NCBI GenBank assembly: GCA_013812505.1
Contig: JACCTH010000033.1
Span: 20,853-84,852, forward strand
DNA from: Acidimicrobiia bacterium
Lineage (GTDB): Bacteria; Actinomycetota; Acidimicrobiia; Spongiisociales; ZC4RG35
DNA: 64,000 nt
Reading direction: 5' to 3'
Under the pieces are notes generated by a model. It saw only the letters and a list, made by a program, of their open reading frames with translations. It was not told the DNA's origin and searched no databases. Below, in pieces: positions 38,339 to 46,864 of this stretch. The position numbers and the translations under genes were made by a program. Position 1 is the stretch's first letter, and the number at the start of each line of letters is the position of its first letter.

Positions 38339-39148
38339 TTACGGTTTGAGGAGCTTTTCGAAGCGGCGGCGGGTTACGGCCATCCCCAGCGCGGCCATAG
38401 CGATCAGGAAGGCGAGGTGGCCGATGATCGAGAGGTCGAAGATACCCAAGGTCGTCGCCCGCATCAGCTCGACCCCGTGATATAGCGGTGAGAGCCAGGC
38501 GAGCCGCTGCAGTCCGATTGGATAAGCGGTGATTGGAAAGAAGGTGCCCGAGAAGAGAAAGAGCGGCTGGGTCACGAGCTGAACCAGGTCAAAGTCCTGC
38601 CAGCCCTTCATGAAGGTCGTACAAGCCATCCCTACGCCGGCAAAGGCGAACCCGATCAACACCGCCACTGGCACCGCCAGGATCGCCCACCAGGTCTCGA
38701 TCAAACCGAACGCCAGCATCACGATCACAAAGGCGATCGAATACATCGTCCCGCGAATTTGCGACCAGGTGATCTCGCCCAACGCCACATCCATGGCGCC
38801 GAGTGGCGTAGCCAGCATCCCGTCATAGATCTTTCCCCACTTGAGGCGGAAGAAGACATTGAGGGTGGATTCGTAGACAGCCCCATTCATCGCCGAAGAG
38901 GCCAGCATCGCCGGAGCGACAAACGCGGCGTAGCTCACGGCCCGCCCGTCGGCCAGGGTGATCTCATCGATCAGGGCGCCCACCCCAAAGCCGATCGAGA
39001 GGAGGTAGAAGACGGGCTCGAAAAATCCCGAGAACAGAATGATCCAGATCCGCTTGTAGAGGATGAAGTTGCGTTCGAGCAAGCGCACCGCCAGGGCGCC
39101 GGGTCGATGCATCGGAGGGAACACTCGCGGGGCGAGGATGCTGCTCAT
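38339..39148 (-). CDS. ABC-2 type transporter permease
   Basis: ATG 39148 lies within ORF 38339..39328. 6-TM ABC-2 pattern (LERNFILYKRIW...). 4-bp overlap with the upstream permease gene. Confidence 0.75.
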   Translation of the reverse strand: MSSILAPRVFPPMHRPGALAVRLLERNFILYKRIWIILFSGFFEPVFYLLSIGFGVGALIDEITLADGRAVSYAAFVAPAMLASSAMNGAVYESTLNVFFRLKWGKIYDGMLATPLGAMDVALGEITWSQIRGTMYSIAFVIVMLAFGLIETWWAILAVPVAVLIGFAFAGVGMACTTFMKGWQDFDLVQLVTQPLFLFSGTFFPITAYPIGLQRLAWLSPLYHGVELMRATTLGIFDLSIIGHLAFLIAMAALGMAVTRRRFEKLLKP

Positions 39149-39918
39149 GTCCACAGCCGTTTCGTGAAGCTGCGCAGGGCCAGCACCAACCCGACCCCGA
39201 ACAATGCCAGCAGGACGGCCAGGTGCAACCACCAGGGCAAAGCCGGCGAGCCGGCAACTCCGGCCGCACCACGACTGAGCTCGATCCCGTGAAAGAGGGG
39301 GGACAGCCAGACGAGCGGCTGCACCCACTCGGGGAGCTGGGTCACCGGATAGAAGGTGCCCGAGAAGAGAAATAGCGGCATGACCACAAACCGAAAGAAC
39401 GACGCAAGGGCGCGGTCATCGTCGAGGGAGGCAGCCCAGGCCATCACCGGCGTGGCAAACGCCAGACCGGTTAGCGCGGCCGGAAGGACGGCCGTCAATG
39501 CCGGGATGAGATCCATGGCGTTCATGAGGACCATGAGGCCGGCGTAGACCAGCAGGTTGAAAAGAACGCGGATTCCGAGAAAGCCCACCAGACCGTTGGC
39601 GAGGTCGGCGGGAGCGACCGGGGTTGCCAAGGCGGCGTGGTAGCTCTTGGTCCATTTGATCCCGGCCAGCACCGGATAGGTCGATTCCCCGACCGCGGTC
39701 ATCATCGCGGTTGCCGCCAATAGGGCGGGAGCGACAAAACCCAGATAGCTGCCCAGCCCGGTCTGACCCCCGGCATCGACGAGACGTCCCAGGCCTCCGC
39801 CCATCGCCAGCAAGGTGAAGATCGGGACGGCGAACGAGGAGACGATGGAACCCCGCCAGGTTTGGCGGTACATGCGGGCATTCGCCTCGATCACGCGCAT
39901 GGTGGCCGAAGACATCAC
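39145..39918 (-). CDS. ABC-2 type transporter permease
   Basis: 257 aa; MRVIEANARMYRQTWRGSIVSSF... A paralogous permease that overlaps the ATPase gene by 4 bp. Confidence 0.75.
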   Translation of the reverse strand: MMSSATMRVIEANARMYRQTWRGSIVSSFAVPIFTLLAMGGGLGRLVDAGGQTGLGSYLGFVAPALLAATAMMTAVGESTYPVLAGIKWTKSYHAALATPVAPADLANGLVGFLGIRVLFNLLVYAGLMVLMNAMDLIPALTAVLPAALTGLAFATPVMAWAASLDDDRALASFFRFVVMPLFLFSGTFYPVTQLPEWVQPLVWLSPLFHGIELSRGAAGVAGSPALPWWLHLAVLLALFGVGLVLALRSFTKRLWT

Positions 39919-40841
39919 TCCACCAGAGTTCGGCCGGTGAGATGCAAGAACACGTCCTCGAGGGTTGATCGCCGAGCCAAGGTCATCTCTGGTGCCAGTC
40001 CTCGCCGGTGAACCTCTTCAAGGGCGTCATCAGCCTCGTCGGCATAGAGCAGCACCCGATCGGGCAACGGTTCGACTCGCTTGCCGATTCCCTCCAGCCG
40101 ATCAACGACCGCGTCCTGCTCACCGGCTGGAAATCGCAGCTCGACAACTTCCCGAGTGGAGTGCTCCTGGATCAATCGTTGCGGGGAACCTGCACCGACG
40201 ATCTTGCCCTTGTCCATGATCACCAGCCGATCGCAAAGCTGCTCGGCCTCGTCCATGTAGTGGGTGGTGATCACCAGCGTCGCCCCTTCACGCTTGAGCC
40301 GGTAGAGCCGGTCCCAAAGCAGGTGGCGCGCCTGGGGATCGAGACCAGTAGTGGGCTCGTCGAGAATCACCAAGTCGGGTCGATTAATAAGTCCCCGGGC
40401 GATCGTGAGACGTCGCTTCATTCCCCCCGACAAGGGATCGACCTTGCTCTTCTTCCGGTCCGACAGTTGCGCAAAATCGAGCAACTGGTCGATGCGGTCG
40501 CGGATCTCCTGGCGGGGGAGATCGAAATAGCGACCGTAGATGAACAAGTTCTCCTCGACGGTCAGCTCGGTGTCGAGATTGTCCTCCTGGGGGACTACGC
40601 CCAGCCGAGCGCGGATCGCCGCACCGTGTGTCTTCGGGTCGAGGCCGAAGACTCGCAAGTGTCCCGAGGTCACCGGCGAGATCGAAGCGATCATTTTCAT
40701 GGTCGAGGTCTTGCCGGCGCCGTTGGGGCCGAGAAATCCAAACGCTTCGCCAGGCGCGATCTCAAAGTCGATGTCGTCGACGGCCTGAAAGTCGCCGAAC
40801 TTCTTGCTCAAGTTGTTAGCCACCACGAGGGGTTCGGTCAC
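39915..40841 (-). CDS. ABC transporter ATP-binding protein (DrrA/NodI-like exporter ATPase)
   Basis: Walker A GPNGAGKTST, signature LSGGMKRRL and Walker B LVILDEPTTGLD. Confidence 0.9.
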   Translation of the reverse strand: MTEPLVVANNLSKKFGDFQAVDDIDFEIAPGEAFGFLGPNGAGKTSTMKMIASISPVTSGHLRVFGLDPKTHGAAIRARLGVVPQEDNLDTELTVEENLFIYGRYFDLPRQEIRDRIDQLLDFAQLSDRKKSKVDPLSGGMKRRLTIARGLINRPDLVILDEPTTGLDPQARHLLWDRLYRLKREGATLVITTHYMDEAEQLCDRLVIMDKGKIVGAGSPQRLIQEHSTREVVELRFPAGEQDAVVDRLEGIGKRVEPLPDRVLLYADEADDALEEVHRRGLAPEMTLARRSTLEDVFLHLTGRTLVE

Positions 40842-40924
40842 GTTGTCAAGGTAGTCAATGTTGTGGACGGAATCGCCGGGCCGCTGCGATCGGAATATCG
40901 TCGCGAGCGTCGAAAAGGAGCCTC

Positions 40925-41316
40925 ATGACAGCCAACCTGCAGCAGTGGATCGAGGACTACCGGCTGGCCTGGGTGAACCGAGACCCTGATGCGGCCGCTG
41001 CGCTCTTTGCCCCGGACGCAACGTATCGCTCGAACATCTTCGAGGATCCACACGTCGGCCAGGAGGGCGTCCGCGCCTATTGGTCTTCGGTGACTTCCGA
41101 CCAAGCGAGGTGGAAGTCCTCATGGGCCGCCCTTTCTCAAACGGAGAGCGAGTTGCGGTTGAGTTCTGGGCCACGATGAACACTGGTGAGGGTGAAATCA
41201 CCTTGCCCGGATGCCTGCTCCTCGACTTCGATGACGATTGGCGCTGCCGCGCTTTGCGCGAGTACTGGCACGTCGGCGAGGGCCGTTCCGAACCGCCGGC
41301 CGGGTGGGGTATTTGA
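40925..41316 (+). pseudogene. SnoaL-like / NTF2-fold protein, one frameshift
   Basis: ORF 40925..41179 (..DYRLAWVNRDPDAAAALFAPDATYRS..AYWSSVTSDQ) continues in ORF 41080..41316 (SEVEVLMGRPFSNGERVAVEFWATM..). The shift lies near 41100-41107 in the AA run. AAAGGAG precedes ATG 40925. Confidence 0.55.
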
Positions 41317-42284
41317 CCGTCGATCAGCCGGCATCTGCGCAGGTGTCCCGGCCTCGCCGGGCCCGGGTCGGGTGGCTAGGCCGGATCTTCCTCTTGGTCT
41401 TGGTCCTCCTCATTGTTCTCGCCGGGCTGTTGCTCTACGCCGAGACCACGATGAGAGATGTCGGGACGGTGAGTTCGCTGGCCGCCGGCGACGGTGTCTA
41501 CCTGATCATCGGGAGCGACAGTCGCGCCAATTTGCCGCCTGATCTCGAAGGGAACTTTGGAGATTTCCCTGGCGCGCGCGCGGATGTGATCATGCTCGTC
41601 CAGGTCGTTGGCGATAGACGACAGCTTCTCTCGATTCCGCGCGACTTGAAGGTCGAGGTTCTCGGGCAGGGGACCCAGAAGATCAACGCCGCCTATTCGC
41701 TCGGAGCCGATGAGCTGATGGTGGAAACCGTTTTTGCGGCGACCGGAATCAGGGCGAATCATTATCTCGAGATCGACTTTGGCGGGTTTGCCGCGATCGT
41801 CGATGCCCTGGGCGGCATCGTCCTTGACTTTCCTTACCCCGCCCGCGATCTCAACTCGAACCTGTCAGTCGACGAGGCAGGAACCCAGGACGTCGATGGC
41901 GCGACCGCCCTGGCCTATGCCCGCTCCCGCAGCTACGAGGAGCTACGAGATGGCGAGTGGGTCGGAGAAGCGACCGGTGACATCGCTCGGACTGGACGTC
42001 AGCGCCAGGTCCTGTTGGAGATTCTCGACAAGGCCTCGTCGCCCGCGGGAGTGTTGCGGGCGCCTTTGGTCATGATCGCCTCGGCTCGACATCTCAGCAC
42101 CGATGCCGGCACCAACGTTTTTGATCTCGCCGAGTTCGGCTGGGCTATGCGATCGGCCAGCATTACCGATTCGGCGAGCCTGCCGGTCGAAATCTCTGTG
42201 GAGGCGGGCGTTTCCTATGTTGTCGCAGTGCCACCGGCGTCTGAGGTGCTCGCGGCCTTCGCCAGTGGCCAGCCCTTGGCGTGA
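41304..42284 (+). CDS. LCP (LytR-CpsA-Psr) family cell-wall glycopolymer ligase
   Basis: An N-terminal TM helix is followed by YLIIGSDSRA..ARADVIMLVQV..LLSIPRDL..KINAAYSLG..NHYLEIDFGGFAAIVDALGG. The start is GTG 41304 or TTG 41313 within ORF 41238..42284. Confidence 0.8.
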   Translation: MGYLTVDQPASAQVSRPRRARVGWLGRIFLLVLVLLIVLAGLLLYAETTMRDVGTVSSLAAGDGVYLIIGSDSRANLPPDLEGNFGDFPGARADVIMLVQVVGDRRQLLSIPRDLKVEVLGQGTQKINAAYSLGADELMVETVFAATGIRANHYLEIDFGGFAAIVDALGGIVLDFPYPARDLNSNLSVDEAGTQDVDGATALAYARSRSYEELRDGEWVGEATGDIARTGRQRQVLLEILDKASSPAGVLRAPLVMIASARHLSTDAGTNVFDLAEFGWAMRSASITDSASLPVEISVEAGVSYVVAVPPASEVLAAFASGQPLA

Positions 42285-42937
42285 TCCAAGCCGTTGTCAT
42301 CGATGTCGGGGAGACGCTGATCGACGAGAGCCGGATTTGGGGGCGCTGGGCCGATCGGCTGGGGGTTCCCCCGCTGACGTTGATGGGCTTGCTGGGAGGG
42401 ATGGCGGCGTTGGACCGATCTCATCGAGACGCACTCGAGCTGATCCGGCCGGGTTTTGATCTCGCCCGGGAGCTGGAACGTTGGGCCTTGGATGATCCCG
42501 ATTCGCTGCGTGAACGATTCGACGAAGACGATCTCTATCCAGACGTCCGCCCCGGCCTCGACGCGCTCGTGGCGAACGGGCTAAGTATCCACGTCGCCGG
42601 CAACCAGCCTCCCGCGGCGCGCGAAACGCTGCTCAGGATGAACTTGCCAGTGTCGAGCATCTTCAACTCCCACGAGCTCGGGGCCGAGAAACCATCGCCG
42701 GAGTTCTTCAACGCGGTGATTGATCTCGCGGGCGGATTGGCCCCGGCGATCCTCTATGTAGGCGACCGTCTGGACAACGACGTTCTTCCCGCCCGTAGAG
42801 CCGGAATGCGGACGGTGCTCATGCGCCGAGGTCCCTGGGGCTATCTCCACGCCGAGCGACCGGAAGCTGGTTTAGCTGATGCAGTCTGCAATTCACTGCT
42901 CGAGTTGCCATTGGTAGTTGAGCAAATACCTCACTAG
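42281..42937 (+). CDS. HAD-superfamily hydrolase (haloacid-dehalogenase-like subfamily)
   Basis: Motif I VVIDVGETL, with the second Asp replaced as in DxYGT-type members. Late motif YVGDRLDNDV. Confidence 0.65.
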   Translation: MIQAVVIDVGETLIDESRIWGRWADRLGVPPLTLMGLLGGMAALDRSHRDALELIRPGFDLARELERWALDDPDSLRERFDEDDLYPDVRPGLDALVANGLSIHVAGNQPPAARETLLRMNLPVSSIFNSHELGAEKPSPEFFNAVIDLAGGLAPAILYVGDRLDNDVLPARRAGMRTVLMRRGPWGYLHAERPEAGLADAVCNSLLELPLVVEQIPH

Positions 42938-42962
42938 GTGCTAAACCTTGTCAAATTAGCAC
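42938..42962. promoter_or_regulatory. inverted repeat GTGCTAA-n11-TTAGCAC upstream of fic
   Basis: Seen in the AT-richer 52-bp gap before the Fic gene. Its function is unknown. Confidence 0.3.
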
Positions 42963-42989
42963 TTTAGTTACCCGTCAGGACCAGCCCTA

Positions 42990-44309
42990 ATGAGGATTCC
43001 GCCGCGTCCGCCTGACCCCTCCGATGTATGGCGAAGCGCCGACGATGCCACACAGCTACGAATGCTCAGGGTCGGCTCCTCGGATCAAGGTCGCTACCTG
43101 GCATGGGATGAGGTTCGTCACCGCCAATCCCCGGAGGGGCTTACTGTCGAGCAGTGGTGGACCGGGATGCGGTTAGCCCGCGATCAGGTGGCTCGCCAGA
43201 TCCCGAGCGAGCCTGCTCGCTGGCGACCCTTTACCTACTCGCTCGTCGATCCGGTGCTGGAAAAGCTTCACTTGATGGACCAGCAGGCAGCGGGGCGTCT
43301 CAGTGCGCCCGCCCCGATACTCGATCCATCGACCCGAGATCGATACGCCATCAACGGACTGATCGAGGAAGCAATTGCATCCTCACAAATCGAAGGTGCA
43401 GTCGCAACTCGGGCGGCTGCGCGAGAGATGATTCGCCAGGGTCGAAAGCCACGAGACGAATCCGAGCAGATGATCCTCAATAACTTTGCCGCAATTCGAT
43501 ACATCGCCGAGGTGCGTTCCGCCGATCTCAGCGACGAGATCGTGCTCACCCTTCACCGGATGTTGACGGAGGGCACTCTGGAAGAGTCGTTCGCCGGGCG
43601 ATTCCAATTGCCGAGCGACGAACGAGTGGTGGTCACGGATGTAAGAGACGGGACCGTGGTCCACATCCCACCGCCCGCCGCCGAGATCCCCGAGCGCATG
43701 GAGGCTATGTATCGGTTCGCCAACGGGGTTGAGGGCGGTTTCGTGCATCCCCTCGTCCGGGCGATCGGATTGCACTACTGGTTGGCGCACGACCACCCTT
43801 TCTTCGACGGCAACGGCCGCACGGCTCGAGCGCTCTTTTACTGGGCGGCGCTTCGAGCCGGCTATTGGTTGACCGAGTTCGTGTCAATCTCGCGAGTCAT
43901 CGTTAGAGCTCCGGTTCGATATGGACGGGCATTTGTTTACTCCGAGACGGATCGAAACGACCTCACCTATTTCCTGATCCATCAGCTTGAAGTCCTAGAG
44001 GAGGCGTTCGCCGGAGTCTGGGGATATGTCGAAGAGAAACAACGCGAGATTCTCGCTGCCGAGCGGTTGTTGCGCTCGCTGCCCTCGGTGAATCATCGGC
44101 AACGGGCGCTCATTGGTCACGCCCTGCGCAAGCGCGGGTTTCGCTACACGTTTCAGAGCCATGCGACCAGCCACGGAGTCACCAGGCAAACGGCTAGGTC
44201 GGATTTGCTGGCGCTGGCCAAGCTCGGTCTGCTCGACGCCACCCGGCAAGGACGACGGGTGGAGTTCATCGCGCCTGACGATCTCAACGAACGGCTCCAA
44301 CAAAGATGA
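42990..44309 (+). CDS. Fic-family protein (class II, N-terminal inhibitory helix) with C-terminal winged-HTH
   Basis: Fic core HPFFDGNGRTARALF. Upstream SSQIEG matches the (S/T)xxxE(G/N) auto-inhibition motif. The C-terminus ..GVTRQTARSDLLALAKLGLLD is wHTH-like. Confidence 0.85.
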   Translation: MRIPPRPPDPSDVWRSADDATQLRMLRVGSSDQGRYLAWDEVRHRQSPEGLTVEQWWTGMRLARDQVARQIPSEPARWRPFTYSLVDPVLEKLHLMDQQAAGRLSAPAPILDPSTRDRYAINGLIEEAIASSQIEGAVATRAAAREMIRQGRKPRDESEQMILNNFAAIRYIAEVRSADLSDEIVLTLHRMLTEGTLEESFAGRFQLPSDERVVVTDVRDGTVVHIPPPAAEIPERMEAMYRFANGVEGGFVHPLVRAIGLHYWLAHDHPFFDGNGRTARALFYWAALRAGYWLTEFVSISRVIVRAPVRYGRAFVYSETDRNDLTYFLIHQLEVLEEAFAGVWGYVEEKQREILAAERLLRSLPSVNHRQRALIGHALRKRGFRYTFQSHATSHGVTRQTARSDLLALAKLGLLDATRQGRRVEFIAPDDLNERLQQR

Positions 44310-46210
44310 GGCTCGATCGCAAGGTGTTCGTGCCGATGCGCGATGGCATAAAGATCGCGCTCACTACTTATTTGCCGGAGGGAGCGGGCCGGTTCCCGGT
44401 GGTGGTCGAGTCGGTTCCGTATCGCAAGGACGACGACTGTTACGCCCGGGATTGGCAGAACTACCTCTACCTGGCCGAGCGCGGTATTGCCGGGGTCAGG
44501 ATCGACATCCGCGGCACCGGTGCCTCGGAGGGGATCATCACCGACGAGTACACCGCAGCGGAAATGGCCGACACCGTCGAGATCCTCGATTGGGCTGCGA
44601 GCCAGCCGTGGAGCAATGGCAACATCGGCATGTGGGGGATCTCATGGGGCGGGTTCAGCTCGTTGCAGACGGCGATGCTCAAACCCGAGTCGCTCAAGGC
44701 GATCATGCCGGTCCATGCCACTCACGATCGCTTCGCCACCGACGTCCACTATGCCGGTGGATCGGTGCTGGCCGCCGAGCAAGGCGATTGGCCGGCGTCG
44801 ATGGTTGCGCTCAACGGCCTTCCCCCCGACCCGGCGGTCGTCGGCGAGCGTTGGCGCGAGATGTGGATGGAGCGGCTCGAGCACACCCCCCAGTGGCTTT
44901 TTGAATGGTTCCGCCACCAACAGCGGGATGCCTATTGGCTCCACGGTTCGCCCTGCGCCGACTACGAGTCGATCGAGGTTCCCACGCTCTTGATCGGCGG
45001 CTGGCTCGACGGCTACGTCGATGGCATGCTCGCTCTCTTCGAGAAGCTGCGCTGCCCACGCAAAGCGGTGATCGGCCCGTGGGGCCATTACCGCCCGGCG
45101 ACCGGGGTGCCGGCGCCAACGTTCGATCATCTTGACCTGATGGCCCGGTGGTTCGGGCACCACCTCCGCGGCGACGACAACGGGGTGATGGAGATGCCCG
45201 ATCTCGTCTCGTGGATCCGCACCGCTCCGCCCTATGACGGGACGACCACGATCGGATATTGGCGAGGCGACGCTCATGGGTTCTCCACCGAGTCGTGGGC
45301 GATGAGGCTGCCCGGCGAAGAAGTCGAACCCTGGCACGGTCCGCAATGGATCGGTAGCCACGCCCCGGCCTGGGATCGAGCCGCCATAGGTTCGACGGAT
45401 TCCACGCCCGACGACAAGGCATCGTTGGTCTTCGAGAGCGAACCTCTAGCCGAGGACCTGTTGATTCTCGGTCAGCCGCACGTTGAGCTAATGGCGGCCA
45501 GCGATTGCGCAGTCGGACTAGTCGCCATGCGGCTGCTGGTGGTGTCACCCGCCGGAGACAGACATCTCCTCTGCCGGGGCAACAAAAACCTGGCCTTCCC
45601 GCAGGACCTCTCGGAGCCGGCAACGATCGAACCCGGAGCGTTTCGCCTGGTCGACGTGCCATTGCTCGCGGCATCGGCGGTCATCCCTGCCGGGTGGAGG
45701 ATCAGACTCGCTATTAGCGGAGCGGATTTTCCGGTGCTTTGGCCGCCCGGTCAAAGGTTCACCCTGTCGATCGACCCCGCCAGCAGCCGGCTGGTGCTGC
45801 CGTTGCTCCCCGCGGGTGGCGAGGTCCTCGAGATCCCAACTTCTCCACCCCCTCCAGACTCCCCGGTCGAGGTGATCGACTCGACCTTCGATTTCAATAT
45901 CACTCGCGACAGGGCAAGCTTCGAGAAAAAAGTCGGACATCGCGAGCGCCAGCCCGACGGGTTGGTCTACGACTCGGCGCAAACGTTTCTCGTCACGATC
46001 ACCGACGACGATCCCGCCACCATGGCTGTCGAGGCTCAGACCACTATCTCCCTGGAACGAGGCGACTGGCTCGTAAGCACTGACTCGAGCCTGCGCATAA
46101 CCGCGGATGAGTCCTACTTCCACATCGACATCCACCTCTCGGCCGAGGACCAGCACGAGGAAGTATTTGCCCGTGATTGGTCGGAGTCGATCCCGCGTAA
46201 CTGGGCTTAG
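44306..46210 (+). CDS. CocE/NonD-family (S15 X-Pro dipeptidyl-peptidase-like) alpha/beta hydrolase
   Basis: VFVPMRDGIKIALTTYLP..VPYRKDD.., nucleophile elbow GISWGG, and a large C-terminal beta domain. ATGA overlap with the fic stop. Confidence 0.8.
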   Translation: MRLDRKVFVPMRDGIKIALTTYLPEGAGRFPVVVESVPYRKDDDCYARDWQNYLYLAERGIAGVRIDIRGTGASEGIITDEYTAAEMADTVEILDWAASQPWSNGNIGMWGISWGGFSSLQTAMLKPESLKAIMPVHATHDRFATDVHYAGGSVLAAEQGDWPASMVALNGLPPDPAVVGERWREMWMERLEHTPQWLFEWFRHQQRDAYWLHGSPCADYESIEVPTLLIGGWLDGYVDGMLALFEKLRCPRKAVIGPWGHYRPATGVPAPTFDHLDLMARWFGHHLRGDDNGVMEMPDLVSWIRTAPPYDGTTTIGYWRGDAHGFSTESWAMRLPGEEVEPWHGPQWIGSHAPAWDRAAIGSTDSTPDDKASLVFESEPLAEDLLILGQPHVELMAASDCAVGLVAMRLLVVSPAGDRHLLCRGNKNLAFPQDLSEPATIEPGAFRLVDVPLLAASAVIPAGWRIRLAISGADFPVLWPPGQRFTLSIDPASSRLVLPLLPAGGEVLEIPTSPPPPDSPVEVIDSTFDFNITRDRASFEKKVGHRERQPDGLVYDSAQTFLVTITDDDPATMAVEAQTTISLERGDWLVSTDSSLRITADESYFHIDIHLSAEDQHEEVFARDWSESIPRNWA

Positions 46211-46854
46211 CCGGGATCAATTCGGCGCCGTGCCGCATCCAGGCATGCGAAGACTCCCTCATCGGAGATTTCGGAGAAATCGGCGTAGTACTGGCTGATG
46301 GCCATGAACCGGTCGGAGGTGGGGCAAATCGTTTCGTCGGCAACAAGGCGAATGTTGGCGATGGCGGCTGTTGAGCCGATCGGAGCCGCCACCACGAGCT
46401 TCTCGACGGCCCGCCTTCGGGCGACCTCGCACGCGGCCATCACCGTCGCTCCGGTCGCGATCCCGTCGTCGACGATGATCACTGATTGGCCGGAAAGGTC
46501 GAGAGGTGGATTGTCTCCCCGGAAGCGAAGAGCGGCGCGATCCAGGTTGGCGAGCTCGCGCTCCTCGACCACGTCGATGTCTCTCTGAGAAAGGCCGGCC
46601 CGTCGCACCATTGCCTCGTCCAAAAAGCGGACCCCGCCTTCGCCAATGGCGCCCATTGCCAGCTCGGGCTGATAGCGGACCCCGAGCTTTCGCACGAGGA
46701 TCACATCAAGTGGAGCATCGAGGGCTTTGGCCACTTCGGCTGCGACGACAACACCTCCACGGGGCAATCCGACAACCAAAAAGCCCGACTCACGAAGAGG
46801 CGAGAGCGACTCGGCGAGCTTGATTCCCGCGTCGACCCGGTTCCGATAACGCAT
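46207..46854 (-). CDS. phosphoribosyltransferase-domain protein
   Basis: GLPRGGVVVAAEVA and the PRPP loop VIIVDDGIATGATV. The start is ATG 46854 or 46866. Confidence 0.75.
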   Translation of the reverse strand: MRYRNRVDAGIKLAESLSPLRESGFLVVGLPRGGVVVAAEVAKALDAPLDVILVRKLGVRYQPELAMGAIGEGGVRFLDEAMVRRAGLSQRDIDVVEERELANLDRAALRFRGDNPPLDLSGQSVIIVDDGIATGATVMAACEVARRRAVEKLVVAAPIGSTAAIANIRLVADETICPTSDRFMAISQYYADFSEISDEGVFACLDAARRRIDPG

Positions 46855-46864
46855 ACTTAGTCGC

